Assembly: GCA_036149055.1 (NCBI GenBank)
Contig: JAYZQJ010000097.1
Span: 1-64,000 of the forward strand
Length of the DNA stretch: 64,000 nt
Direction of reading: 5' to 3'
DNA from: Myxococcota bacterium
GTDB lineage: Bacteria > Myxococcota_A > Polyangia > Polyangiales > Sandaracinaceae
This document shows positions 30,379 to 42,505 of this stretch, piece by piece; the stretch's first letter is position 1; every line of letters begins with the position of its first letter. Below the pieces are notes generated by a model, which was not told where the DNA came from, made no database searches, and saw only the letters and a list, made by a program, of their open reading frames with translations. A program made the position numbers and the translations under genes.

Positions 30379-31166
30379 TGGACGCAGGCTGGCTCGAGAT
30401 CGACGAGGACCGCTTCGAGGCGGAGGCGGCGCGCATCGGCGGCTGGCTGGTGCGCGACGCGGTGCTGATCGCCGGCGAGACCCGGCTCCGGCCGGTCGAG
30501 ATCGAGCTCTACTACTTCGGGGCGCGGCACCGCGATCCCTTCGCCCACCGCGATCCCGAGCAGCTCGAGCCCGGCCGCTGGTACTTCCACAAGACCGGCG
30601 GGACCTACCGGGGCGGCAGCTTCAAGGGCCTGGACCTGAGCCTCGGGCGGAGCGGGACCTGGGGCGGCGCGCTGATCCGGAGCGTGCGCGGCCCCGAGGG
30701 CGACCTGGTGAGCGGCCCGTCGCTGGTGGTCGATCTCCTGCTCCGGCTGACGCACGAGGCCGACGTCTCCGCGCTCGCGCCGAAGGCGGGCGAGCTGCTG
30801 CGCCTCGAGCGGAGCGCGCCCGACCCGGCCACCGTGCTCCGGACCGCGCGCGTGGGGCTGACCCTCAAGCGCTTCGAGGCGGACAAGCCCGCGTTCCTGA
30901 TGCGCCCCTACCGCTTCCTCAACGCGCCGGCCGAGGTGAAGAAGGGGCGCGTGCACACGGTGATCGCGCTGCACCAGGGCGGCCTCGACGCGCGCGAGAT
31001 CAAGCGGCGCACCGGCAGCCCGGCGCACGCCATCGAGCGCTACCTGGACCGCTACGCGCTCGGCCTCGACCGGGGCGCGTTCGAGCCCTTCGTCGACAAG
31101 GCGCTCTCGCCGCTCGACCTCGCGGAGCTGCACGGGGTCTGGGAGGCGCGCTTCGGCGGTTCGTGA
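30375..31166 (+). CDS. Hypothetical protein, divergent 3-methyladenine DNA glycosylase (MPG/AAG)-like fold
   Basis: RPVEIELYY, GGALIRSV, SGP, TARVGL, PYRF parallel the MPG motifs. Confidence 0.55.
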   Translation: MMDAGWLEIDEDRFEAEAARIGGWLVRDAVLIAGETRLRPVEIELYYFGARHRDPFAHRDPEQLEPGRWYFHKTGGTYRGGSFKGLDLSLGRSGTWGGALIRSVRGPEGDLVSGPSLVVDLLLRLTHEADVSALAPKAGELLRLERSAPDPATVLRTARVGLTLKRFEADKPAFLMRPYRFLNAPAEVKKGRVHTVIALHQGGLDAREIKRRTGSPAHAIERYLDRYALGLDRGAFEPFVDKALSPLDLAELHGVWEARFGGS

Positions 31167-31178
31167 GAAGATCGGGCC

Positions 31179-31934
31179 GTGACCTACCGCTCGCCGCTCG
31201 AAGCCGCCCGGGCGCGCATCGCCGCCCTCGAGGAGCTCCTCGACGCGCAGGACCGGGTGGTCACCGGCGAAGGGGACGCCGGCAAGGACGCCCTGCGCGA
31301 GGTGCGGGCCCTGCTCGCGGAGGAGCGGGCCGAGCACGAGGGCCAGCTCTCGAGCCTGCGCCAGGAGCGCGCGTCGCTCGAGACCCGGCTCGCCGAGCAG
31401 GAGACGGAGCTGGTGGCCGAGCGCGCGCGGCGGCAGGCGGAGGTCTCGCTCCTGCGGAGCAAGCTCGAGGAGGCGGAGCGGGCGATCGCGCACAACACCT
31501 CGCTGTTCGAGGCGGAGCAGACGATGCAGCGCGCGGCGGCGGAGGCGGAGCGGGCGCGGCTCGAGCAGCGGCTGGTGCAGCGCGACACCCAGCTCCGCGA
31601 GCTGCGCGAGGAGATCCGCGTGCACCTCGGCGGCGGCGCCCGCGAGATCCGCGCGTTCTACGAGGCCCGGGTGCGCACCGTCGGCACCGAGCTCGCCGAG
31701 CAGGGCTCGCTGGCACGGCGCCTCGAGCAGAGCCTCCGCGACGCGAAGGAGGCGGTCGAGAAGCTGCCGCCGGCGGACGAGCGAGACCGCGAGGGCATGG
31801 TCGAGCGCGAGATGGCCCGCCGGAAGCTCGCGGTCGGGGAGGCGGAGCTGAGCCGCGCCCGCGCCCGCATCGAGCGCCTCGAGGCCGAGCTCGAGCGGAT
31901 CACCGCGGCCGAAGCGCAGCTCGCCTCTCGCTGA
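31179..31934 (+). CDS. Coiled-coil hypothetical protein
   Basis: E/R/A/L-rich heptads throughout. Confidence 0.7.
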   Translation: MTYRSPLEAARARIAALEELLDAQDRVVTGEGDAGKDALREVRALLAEERAEHEGQLSSLRQERASLETRLAEQETELVAERARRQAEVSLLRSKLEEAERAIAHNTSLFEAEQTMQRAAAEAERARLEQRLVQRDTQLRELREEIRVHLGGGAREIRAFYEARVRTVGTELAEQGSLARRLEQSLRDAKEAVEKLPPADERDREGMVEREMARRKLAVGEAELSRARARIERLEAELERITAAEAQLASR

Positions 31935-31937
31935 CGA

Positions 31938-32618
31938 TCACAGGCCGGCGGTGAAGCGGCGGATCTCGCGGGCCGCCTCCGGGGCGGCGCGCTGGAGCAC
32001 GAGGTGGGGCGCGTCGAGGCGAGCGAGCGGCAGATCGGGGCGCGCCCAGCCGACCGAGCGGCGGCGAGACACGAGCCGATCGCCGGTGCCCTCGAGGACG
32101 AGGACCGGCACCCGCGCCCGCCGCAGCTCCGCGCGCACGTCGACCTCGAGCACCTGCTGCACGCGGTGGGCGAGCACCTCGGGGGGCAGCGCCCGCACGG
32201 CGTCGCGCACCGCGTCCACCAGCGCGTCGCTCGCGTCCTCGCCGGTCAGGTAGCGCCGGATCGCGAACGCGGGCAGCGCCCTCGGCAGCCAGCTCGGCCG
32301 GGCGAAGAGGAGGCGCAGGGAGCGGGGCGCCGGCGCCTCGGCGAAGGTGGCCGCGAGCACGACCGCGCGCAGCCGAGGCGGCGGATCGGCCGCGAGGCGG
32401 ATGGCGACCGGGCCCGAGAACGACTGCGCGACGACGACGAAGCCGCCCCCGTCGCCCGACAGCGCCGCCCGGACCCGGGCCTCCAGGCGCCCGTAGTCGA
32501 GGGGCTCGTCGGACGGGAAGTCGAGCGCCTCCACGTCGAGGTCTCCGTCCAGGTGCGCGCAGAGCTCGCTCGAGAGGGACGAGCTGCCGTCCAACCCCGG
32601 AAGGACGATTGCGCGCAT
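31938..32618 (-). CDS. Alpha/beta hydrolase
   Basis: LPGLDG oxyanion region, AQSFSG nucleophile elbow, GDRLV, APH. Confidence 0.8.
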   Translation of the reverse strand: MRAIVLPGLDGSSSLSSELCAHLDGDLDVEALDFPSDEPLDYGRLEARVRAALSGDGGGFVVVAQSFSGPVAIRLAADPPPRLRAVVLAATFAEAPAPRSLRLLFARPSWLPRALPAFAIRRYLTGEDASDALVDAVRDAVRALPPEVLAHRVQQVLEVDVRAELRRARVPVLVLEGTGDRLVSRRRSVGWARPDLPLARLDAPHLVLQRAAPEAAREIRRFTAGL

Positions 32619-32684
32619 GCGTCCGATGTAGCACCCCGCGCGCGGGGGGCCACGTCAACCCGACCTGTTCTCGCCCTGCGGCGG

Positions 32685-33992
32685 TCAGACCTCTTCGTGG
32701 AAAGGCCCGGTGACTTCGTAGGTGAGGCCGCCGCTGCCGCCGCGCTGCGAGCTGAAGTAGAGGCGGGTGCCGCTCGGGTCGAACGCGGGCCCCGTGATCT
32801 CGGAGTCGTCCTGGCCGACGATCTGGAGCAGCGGCTTGGGCTCGCCGCTGGGGAGGATGGCGACGATCTGCATCGCGCCGCCGTCCTCGGCGACGAGCAC
32901 GTCGCCGCAACACGAGACGGTCAGGTTGTCGACGCCGCTGAGCGGCACCGGGGTGTAGTCGTCGTCGTCGTAGAGCACGGTCATCGTCGACGACGCCACG
33001 TCGTAGGCCCAGATCCGGTCGTCCCCCTTGGTGCTCAGGTAGACGGTGCCGGCGTGGTACCAGATGCCCTCGCCGCCATCGAAGGCGGTGCTCTCGGGCA
33101 CCTGGTTGCGGGTGCTGGTGGGCCCGGTGCGGAGCGGGTCCGGGACCTCGTGCCAGGTGACCTCGCCGCCCGGCGCCAGCTCGGCGATCTCGAGCAGGCC
33201 GTCGTCGAGATCGGGGAAGCCGTACTCGGTCATGCCGGCGGGCGTGTAGCGGTAGAAGCCGCCCCCGGACGCGTCCTCGGAGAGGTAGAGCTTCCACTCG
33301 GTGGGGTCGACGGTGACCGCCTCGTGCTTGAAGGTGCCGAGCGCGGCGCGGAGCTGCGGGTCGTGCTCGCCCCACGGATCGGTCTCGTAGACCTGCCCCG
33401 CCTCGAGCTCCTCGCAGGACAGCCAGCTGCCCCACGGGGTGGGCCCGCCCGCGCAGTTGATCTGGGTGCGGGTGAGCGTGGAGTAGGCGTCGACGATGGC
33501 CCCGGACGCGTCGAAGCGCAGGGCGCCGACCCCGCCCACCACCGGCAGCTCGCTGTTCGACACGTAGATCCAGCCGCCGTCCATCGTGGCGAAGGTGGCG
33601 CCGCCGTCGGGCGCCCGGTGCCACTCGTGCTCGGTCCCCTCCACGTTCTCGCCCGAGCGCGCGACGATCCGCGAGGTGAAGCCCTCCGGGAGCCGCACCC
33701 CGTTCTCGTCCGGGTCGCCGAGCGGCCCGATGTCGGCGATGAGCGAGCGCAGCGTCGGCGCCGCCGGCATCTCGCGGGGCGGGAACGCGGTCGAGCCCAC
33801 GCCCGAGTCCGGCGGGGTCACCCCGGAGTCCGCGGCCGCGTCGCTCGGCGCGCCCGCGTCCCCCTCGCCCGGGCCGTCGTCGCAGCCCTTCAGGGCGGGC
33901 GACATCAGGGCGGCGGCGAGCCCGGCGAGGCCTCCGTGGAGGACGCGGCGGCGCGGGATCTCGAGGTCGGTGGCGCGGGTCTTCTTCTTCAT
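32685..33992 (-). CDS. phoX: PhoX-family (DUF839) alkaline phosphatase, Tat-exported
   Basis: RRRVL Tat motif; PDGGATF, YVSNSE, NCAGGPTPWGSWLSCEE, FKHEA, VDNL, SEITGPAF. Confidence 0.88.
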   Translation of the reverse strand: MKKKTRATDLEIPRRRVLHGGLAGLAAALMSPALKGCDDGPGEGDAGAPSDAAADSGVTPPDSGVGSTAFPPREMPAAPTLRSLIADIGPLGDPDENGVRLPEGFTSRIVARSGENVEGTEHEWHRAPDGGATFATMDGGWIYVSNSELPVVGGVGALRFDASGAIVDAYSTLTRTQINCAGGPTPWGSWLSCEELEAGQVYETDPWGEHDPQLRAALGTFKHEAVTVDPTEWKLYLSEDASGGGFYRYTPAGMTEYGFPDLDDGLLEIAELAPGGEVTWHEVPDPLRTGPTSTRNQVPESTAFDGGEGIWYHAGTVYLSTKGDDRIWAYDVASSTMTVLYDDDDYTPVPLSGVDNLTVSCCGDVLVAEDGGAMQIVAILPSGEPKPLLQIVGQDDSEITGPAFDPSGTRLYFSSQRGGSGGLTYEVTGPFHEEV

Positions 33993-34031
33993 CGCGCAGA
34001 AGGATAAGAGAGGGTCCCCGGATGGCAAAGG

Positions 34032-34694
34032 TCAGCGCGTGATCTCGAGATCGTGGGCGCGAGATTCGAGCCAGGCGCGGGTGTCTTCCGTGAGCGCGTC
34101 GAAGGCCGCGGCGTCGAGGCCGTGGGTGGTCAGCGTGAGCGCGACGCGGGCGTCGCCCGAGCCGCCGAACGGCCGCCGCGCGACCAGGTTCGTCAGCCCT
34201 CCCCCGAGCGCCTCGATCGCGCGGCTCTCCTGGAAGGCCGACGCGTGGAAGAGCTCACCGCCGAAGCGCTCGCGGGTGGCCGCGAGGAGGGCGTCCGGGT
34301 CTCCATCGGCCGCGACGCGGAGCGTGCGCCGGGCGTCGCCGTCCTTGCGCTCCAGCCAGTGCTTGAGCTGCACGAAGAACTGCCTCCAGCCCTCGCGCTC
34401 GTCGTCGTAGATCTCGTCCCACTCGGCCTCGGTGAGCGAGCCGGGCGAGACCGCGCGCACGATCGTGCCCGCGCCCGAGGCGTGCAGCGAGAGGCCGGAG
34501 CCGCCCTCGGCGGTCAGGGTCATCGCCTCGGCGTCCGGCTTGGCGTGCTCGACGAAGATGAAGCGCACCTCGGCGTCCAGCCCCTCGTAGTCCCAGCCGA
34601 ACCAGCGCTTCAGCTCCTCGACCTCGCGCAGCGCCTGCCACACCCGCTCCGGCGGCGCCGCGATCTCGACCTCGACCCTGTATCCCTTGCTCAT
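34032..34694 (-). CDS. SRPBCC/AHSA1 (START-like) domain protein
   Basis: IAAPPERVWQAL..LKRWFG, EGWRQFFVQLKHWLE; coupled to the HTH regulator gene. Confidence 0.8.
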   Translation of the reverse strand: MSKGYRVEVEIAAPPERVWQALREVEELKRWFGWDYEGLDAEVRFIFVEHAKPDAEAMTLTAEGGSGLSLHASGAGTIVRAVSPGSLTEAEWDEIYDDEREGWRQFFVQLKHWLERKDGDARRTLRVAADGDPDALLAATRERFGGELFHASAFQESRAIEALGGGLTNLVARRPFGGSGDARVALTLTTHGLDAAAFDALTEDTRAWLESRAHDLEITR

Positions 34695-35272
34695 CGCTTC
34701 TCCTTCGGCTTGGGGTGGCACCCGAGCACCACGCGGTAGCTCCGCTCGCGCCGCGGGTAGCGGGCGGCGACGGCGGCGACGGCCTCGGCGAGCTCCTCGG
34801 CGAAGCGCTCGATCTCCGCCGGCCGCGCGAAGCCGACCTCGGCCTCGATGGCGAAGGTCACCAGCCGCTTGCCCTGGGCGTCCGCCTCCTCGCGCATGCG
34901 CGCCACCTCGGAGGCGGTGCGCGCGCTCATCGCGACCAGGGTGTCGGCCGCGAAGGCGTCCTGCGCCCGGGTGGGCAGCTCGCCGATCACCTCGGGGTCG
35001 ACCACCACCGCCTTGGCGGTCGCGCGCATGACCCGCTCGACGCACCCTCGCCGCGGCCGCTCCTCGACGAGCTCGACGAGCCCGCCCTTCTCCAGCTCGC
35101 GCACGTGGTAGTTCACGCGCTGCCGGCTCTCGCCCAGCTTCGCCGCCAGGCCCGCCGCCGAGCACGGCTCCTGGAGCGCGCGCAGCAGGCGGCGCCGGAG
35201 CGGGCTCATCCCGCCCCGCAGCCGCTCGGCCCGCACGACGTCGATCGCCCTGGTGTCCACCGCCTCGGTCAC
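34691..35272 (-). CDS. ArsR-like winged HTH transcriptional regulator
   Basis: SPLRRRLLRALQEPCSAAGLAAKLGESRQRVNYHVRELEKGGLV. Confidence 0.85.
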   Translation of the reverse strand: MTEAVDTRAIDVVRAERLRGGMSPLRRRLLRALQEPCSAAGLAAKLGESRQRVNYHVRELEKGGLVELVEERPRRGCVERVMRATAKAVVVDPEVIGELPTRAQDAFAADTLVAMSARTASEVARMREEADAQGKRLVTFAIEAEVGFARPAEIERFAEELAEAVAAVAARYPRRERSYRVVLGCHPKPKEKR

Positions 35273-35358
35273 CGGGCCATCATGATTGGAAAAACGAATC
35301 TGTCAAATGAGCCACGACGCTCGCGAGGGCGCGGCCGGCCCTCCGATCGACGCTCCGG

Positions 35359-36234
35359 CTACGCCGCGTTCGAGAGGCTGTCGAAGCAGGCGTCGAGGGC
35401 CTGCGCGAAGGCGTCCGGCGCCTCGAACTGCAGCAGGTGTCCGGCGTCGGGCGCGAAGAAGAGGCGCGCGTCGCGGATGCGCCGGGCCCCGCTCTCGGCG
35501 AGCTTCCGCGGCGAGAGGTGCGGGTGCAGCAGCGGGTTGGGGATCAGCCGATCCCGCAGCCCGAAGACGATCGACGTCGGCACCTCGAGCCGCTCGAGCT
35601 CCACCGGCTCCGACAGCATGCCGCGCACCCCGTTGACGACGGCGGCGGCGTAGCCCTCGAGCTCCTCGCCCTCGAACGCGAGCCGCGCCCGCACGAGCAG
35701 CTCCGCCTCGGGCGGCATGTCGTGGAACGCCATCGCCAGGTTGCGCCGCACCGCCGGCTCGGAGTGCGTGTTGAGCACCCAGTCCCGGGTCACCGCGTTC
35801 TGCAGCATGCTGCGCGCGTAGACGCTGAAGCGCTCGAACCCCGCGGGGGCGACGAGCGTCAGGGCGGCGACCTCGCGTGGCGCCTCGATGGCGCGGTGGA
35901 GCGCGATCTGGCCGCCCATCGAGTGGCCCACCCAGACCGCGCGGCGGATACCGAGGTGGCGCAGCAGCGCCCCGACGATGGCGCCCTTCTCCCGCAGCGA
36001 GAGCGGCTCGTGCGCCTTGTCGCTCGCGCCGTAGCCCGGCAGATCGACCACCACCGCGCGCCCGCGCCGGGCGAGGGCCTCGGCGTTTCGCGCCCAGCAG
36101 AGGCTCGAGCTCCCCAGGCCGTGGACGGCGACCACCGGCAGCACGCCCGGCCGCGCCTCGCCGAGATCACGGTACGCGATCCGTCGTCCCCGGACCTCGG
36201 CGAACGACGGCGCCGGCCACTGCTCCAGCACCAT
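35359..36234 (-). CDS. Alpha/beta fold hydrolase
   Basis: VHGLGSS, DLPGYGAS, GHSMGG, RDRLIP, AGHLLQFEAP. Confidence 0.9.
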   Translation of the reverse strand: MVLEQWPAPSFAEVRGRRIAYRDLGEARPGVLPVVAVHGLGSSSLCWARNAEALARRGRAVVVDLPGYGASDKAHEPLSLREKGAIVGALLRHLGIRRAVWVGHSMGGQIALHRAIEAPREVAALTLVAPAGFERFSVYARSMLQNAVTRDWVLNTHSEPAVRRNLAMAFHDMPPEAELLVRARLAFEGEELEGYAAAVVNGVRGMLSEPVELERLEVPTSIVFGLRDRLIPNPLLHPHLSPRKLAESGARRIRDARLFFAPDAGHLLQFEAPDAFAQALDACFDSLSNAA

Positions 36235-36404
36235 GCCGGGATGCTAGTGCAGAGATCCGACCGGTAGAAGGGGAGATGGCGCCGGACCGGCGTTTCAGGG
36301 CAAGGCGCGACGACGAGTCGATGCCCCGCATCGGCGAGGAGGAGCAACGCCGCCCTGGAGCGTCGGGACAAGCCAGGTCCCCTTCTACCGGGATGGATCT
36401 CGCA

Positions 36405-37763
36405 CTAGGTCCAGGCGGTCGGGAACTCGCTCTCGAGGTGGTCGCCGCGGTCGAGGGCCATGCCGAGGGCGTGGGGGCCGTGGCGCACGATGACGTAGCC
36501 GCCGCCGGCGAGGTGCTCTCGGTCGGAGGGACGCAGGGGGATCGGCTCGCGGGCCTGGTAGGCGCGCACGCGCTCGAGGTCGAGGTCGACGATCTGCTTC
36601 GTGGCGAGGCGGCCGTAGCGCAGGGCGGCGCCGGTCGCGATCTTGCCCCGCTCGCGGCGACGGCAGAAGACGAGGCCGGTGGCGACGTGGGCGTCCCAGC
36701 CGGGCATGCGGTGCTCGTCGGGGACGACCCGAGCGTAGCGGCCGCGCTCGAAGAGGCGGTGTCCCTCGAACGCCTCCTCGGGCACGCCGTAGCGCTCGGC
36801 GAAGGCGCGCAGGCGCGGGGAGGCGAGCGCGGGCTCCGCGACCTCCCGCATCGGCTCGCCGCCCTCGGCGCGTCCGTCGCCCGCCTTGCGGAGGAGCGCG
36901 GCGAAGAAGCCGCCGGTGCCGCTGAGGTGAGGCCAGAGGCGCATCGCGCGCGTGACCCTCGGGTCGTAGACGGCGCCCTCGAACCGATCGACGCCCGGCG
37001 ACGTGCGCAGGCCCTCGATCGTCACCGCCTCGACGTCGACGTCCTCGCGCTCGCGCAGCGCGGCGTCGATCACCGCCTCGTTCTCCTCGGGCGCGAGCGT
37101 GCACGTCGAGTAGACCACGCGCCCGCCCGGGCGGCAGAGCTCGAGCCCGCGACGCAAGAGCGCCCGCTGCACGCCGGCGATGAAGCCGCGGTAGCGCCCC
37201 GTCTCGCGTCGGCCGCGGCCGACGTTGCCCTCGGCAGTGCAGGGCGCGTCCACCAGCACCGCGTCCCACCGACCGGCCGCGTCGGGCAGGGCCGCGCCGT
37301 CGGCGGCGGTGAGGGTGACGTTGGTGAGCCCGAGCCGCACGACCGCGGCGGTGGTCGCGGTGTGGCGCTCGGTCTTGCGGTCGTTGGCCACCACCGTGCC
37401 CCGGTTGCCGAGCGCGAACGCGATGCGCGCGGTCTTGCCGCCGGGCGCGGCGCAGAGATCGAGGACCCGCTCGCCGGGGCGGGGATCGAGCATGCGCACC
37501 GGCAGGAGCGAGGCCTCCTCCTGCACGTGGTACAGGCCGGCCCGATACGCCCAGTGCTTGCCCGGCCGCTCGACGCCCGGGAGGCGCAGCGCGTCGGCAC
37601 TCCAGCCGACCGGCAACGGCGCCGTCTCGAAGAGCGCGCGCAGCCCGTCCCGGTCGATGCGCTCGGGCTGGGGCCAGATCACCGGCGGCAGCGGGGCGCG
37701 CAGACTCTCGGCCAGCGCGTCGCCATCGGAGACGAGCGCGCGGTAGCGTTCGGCGAGGCTCAT
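36405..37763 (-). CDS. RsmB/RsmF (NOL1/NOP2/Sun) RNA m5C methyltransferase
   Basis: QEEASLLP, VLDLCAAPGGKT, LVDAPCTAEG, YSTCTLAPEENE, GFFAALL. Confidence 0.9.
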   Translation of the reverse strand: MSLAERYRALVSDGDALAESLRAPLPPVIWPQPERIDRDGLRALFETAPLPVGWSADALRLPGVERPGKHWAYRAGLYHVQEEASLLPVRMLDPRPGERVLDLCAAPGGKTARIAFALGNRGTVVANDRKTERHTATTAAVVRLGLTNVTLTAADGAALPDAAGRWDAVLVDAPCTAEGNVGRGRRETGRYRGFIAGVQRALLRRGLELCRPGGRVVYSTCTLAPEENEAVIDAALREREDVDVEAVTIEGLRTSPGVDRFEGAVYDPRVTRAMRLWPHLSGTGGFFAALLRKAGDGRAEGGEPMREVAEPALASPRLRAFAERYGVPEEAFEGHRLFERGRYARVVPDEHRMPGWDAHVATGLVFCRRRERGKIATGAALRYGRLATKQIVDLDLERVRAYQAREPIPLRPSDREHLAGGGYVIVRHGPHALGMALDRGDHLESEFPTAWT

Positions 37764-37785
37764 GCCCCGCCGATATAGCGTGACC

Positions 37786-38109
37786 TCAGCGCTTCTTCTC
37801 GCCGCGCTGCTCGCGCAACAGCTCCACGTGGAGCGGGCCCTCGTCCCAGCGCTCCACCGCGTCGAAGTGATCGCCGTCCTGCGTCATCTGCGCGAGTGAC
37901 TGGCGATACATCTCCGCGAGGGAGTCGCTGGCCGAGGGACCGTCCTCCTCGTCCCTGACGTAGCGGCGTAGCTGCGGCGCGTGGAGCGGCTGGAGCCCGC
38001 CACCGGTAGCGCTGTATTCGCTCATCCCGGCCAGCCAGCTCGCGTCGAGGCCATCGTCCTCCAGAGCCAGATCCACCGACTCCGGAACCTCGTCCGTCTC
38101 GTGTGCCAT
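37786..38109 (-). CDS. Acidic hypothetical protein
   Basis: ATG preceded by a GAGGAGG RBS; 107 aa. Confidence 0.65.
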   Translation of the reverse strand: MAHETDEVPESVDLALEDDGLDASWLAGMSEYSATGGGLQPLHAPQLRRYVRDEEDGPSASDSLAEMYRQSLAQMTQDGDHFDAVERWDEGPLHVELLREQRGEKKR

Positions 38110-38171
38110 GACTACCTCCTCACACCCATCAGGGTAGGCCCATCCGGGCCGGGTGCGAAGGGTTTCGCCTC

Positions 38172-38741
38172 TCACGCCTTCGCGGCAGGCTGCTCCTTCG
38201 CGCCGCCGGACTTGGCGTTCCAGCCGTATCCGATCTGCGCGTTGATGAGCTTGTGGGTGCCGGGCCCGACGATGCCGTCGATCGTGTAGCCGAACGCGCT
38301 CTGGAGCTTCTTGACCGCCTGGTCGGTGGCCTCGCCGAACTTGCCGTCCACGCCCACGTCGAAGCCGAGCGCCTGGAGCCGGCGCTGCAGGTACTTCACG
38401 TCGGCTCCGTCGGCGCCCTGCTTCAGGTTGCGCTTCAGCTCGGCGCCCGCGAGCGAGCCCTTGTCGGTCTGCTTGCCCTGCGCCTCGAGCGCGGACTTGA
38501 TCGCGCCGGCGCTCTTCACGTTCCAGCCGTAGCCGACCTGCGCGTCGATGAGCCCGTGCGTGCCCTTGCCGACGATCCCGTCGACGTCGTAGCCGAACGC
38601 GCTCTGCAGCTCCTCGACCGCCTCGGCCGTGTTCGGCCCGAAGATGCCGTCCGTCTTCACGTCGAAGCCCAGCTGCTGCAGCTTGCCCTGCAGCGCCTCG
38701 ACCGCGTCCCCCTTCGAACCCTTCTTCAGCGTGTCGCTCAT
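38172..38741 (-). CDS. Tandem peptidoglycan-binding domain (PG_binding_1) protein
   Basis: Two LKxGxxGxxVxxLQxxLxxLGF..DGxFG..T..AV..LQ..DGIVG..T repeats; highly biased codons. Confidence 0.88.
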   Translation of the reverse strand: MSDTLKKGSKGDAVEALQGKLQQLGFDVKTDGIFGPNTAEAVEELQSAFGYDVDGIVGKGTHGLIDAQVGYGWNVKSAGAIKSALEAQGKQTDKGSLAGAELKRNLKQGADGADVKYLQRRLQALGFDVGVDGKFGEATDQAVKKLQSAFGYTIDGIVGPGTHKLINAQIGYGWNAKSGGAKEQPAAKA

Positions 38742-38924
38742 GATCTGATGTCTCCCTGGTCGGTGCGGCGTGTGTTCGCGGGAGAGCCATCGCAACCGTC
38801 GTGCCGACGCGCCCCTCCCCGCTGGCGCGCCAGGTAGTCCCCCGGGGCGTGGGTTCCACCCCACGGACTGTCGCCGAAACCCACGATCGCGAGCGCGACC
38901 CATCCGGGCTACTGTATCCACGGC

Positions 38925-40887
<1,963 letters not shown>

Positions 40888-40910
<23 letters not shown>

Positions 40911-42261
40911 GCAGCCCCCCCAGGGCCTCGAGGAAGGGGTCGTGCGCTTCGAGGAAGTGGGCGCGCTCGTAGCGGACCTCGACGTCGGGGACGACGCCGC
41001 GGCCGGGCTCACAGCCGGAGAAGGGCACGAGGGTGATCTCGAAGAGCGAGGCGAGGACGCTCACGCCCGCGCCGACGTCGTAGAGCACGGGGAGCTGCCC
41101 GGTGTGACGGCCGCACTCGCCCTGGGTCTCCGTGCCCACCACGAGGACGCCCTCTCGATGAGCGAGCAGGCCGGCCACCAGCTCGACCGCGGCCGAGCTC
41201 GTCGCGTCGTCGACCAGCACGGCGACGGCGCCCTCGTGCGGCGCGCCGGTGGGGATCATGCGGTCCGCCATGGGGTCGCCCTCGAAGACCCAGCGATCGC
41301 CCACCCGCGCGCCCGGGAAGCCGGTCAGCGCCTCTCGCGGAGCGATGGGGAACCCCACCCGGGCGGCGTGCGCGCCCGGGATCGCCCGCACTCTCGTCTC
41401 GACCCGCGTCCATTGCGTGAAGGGCTCGGCCAACAGGTGTCGGAGCACCGCGACTCCGTGGGCGCGGATCCCCCCTTCGTTCCCGCGGAGGTCGAGCGCC
41501 AGCGGCGCGTCGGGCGCCAGCTCGGCGAAGATCGCGTCGACGCGCGCGGCGTACCCCTCCTCGTCGAGCACGCCGAAGCCGGGCAGCCGGAGGATCGTCC
41601 AGGCGTCGTGCGCGTGGACGCTGGGCCAAGGGGCCGCGTCGGAACGCCCCCAGCGAGGCGCCGACGCGCGCCGAGCGTCGAGGTCGACGCTCGAGGCAAT
41701 CAGGGTCAGCGCGGTGACGCCTTCGCCGGGCCGCCGCACCTCGACGGCGTAGCGCTCTCGACGGCCGAGCTCGAGAGTGGCGAAGCCGGCGAAGCGCCGC
41801 TCGGCCTCGGCCAGGCGCACCGCGGGCCGGTCGCCGTCGATCGACGCGTAGCGGGACAGATCGCGCAAGAAGGCGTCCGCCGGGCGCCCCTCGACCGAGA
41901 CGAGCTCGGTGCCCAGCGGGAGCGCCGGCTCGGAGGCGTCGACGAAGATCGTGTCTCCCGCGCGCACCGCCTGGAGCGGGAATCCCTCTCGCCGGGAGCC
42001 GTCCGCCGCGAGGCCGGCGACCAGGTGCGCATCTCCGAGCGCGGCCACGACTCGCTGGGTGGCGGCGGCGAGGGCGAGCGCGTCGGGCGCGTCCCCGAGC
42101 CCGCTCTGCTCGCCGGCCACCAGGGCGTCCAGCTCGGCCGCGGCGACATGACGGTGCGGCTCGGGGTGCACGTCACGGAGGAACGCGACCAGCGAGTCGA
42201 GCTGACCCACCGGCGCCTGGCCGCAGCCGACGAGGAGCAGCGCCGCGAGGACCACGCGCAT
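40888..42261 (-). CDS. S41-family peptidase lipoprotein
   Basis: Lipobox LVGC; LGDAH, LDLRGNEGG, TSSAAVE, VGTETQG, GRGVVPDVEV. Confidence 0.82.
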
Positions 42262-42266
42262 GGAGG

Positions 42267-42449
42267 TCAACGGTCGGACAGGGTGCGGCGGAGCTGGAGG
42301 TACTCCTCGCGGAGCGCCTCGGCGCGCTCGAGGTCGCCGGCCTCCTGCGCGGCGCGGTGCGCGTCGGCCAGCGCGTGCAGTCGGCCCCACGGCCCGACGT
42401 CGTCCTCGGCCGTGTGGGTCACCTCAGGCTGCCGTCGTCGCTCGCCCAT
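42267..42449 (-). CDS. Small hypothetical protein (UVR-like helix hairpin)
   Basis: 60 aa; AAQEAGDLERAEALREE; fills the gap between co-oriented genes. Confidence 0.45.
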   Translation of the reverse strand: MGERRRQPEVTHTAEDDVGPWGRLHALADAHRAAQEAGDLERAEALREEYLQLRRTLSDR

Positions 42450-42505
42450 GGGCGCAGCATGGACGAAGTCTCACGGGTGATCAACGTTCGTTGGCAGGGG
42501 CGTCG

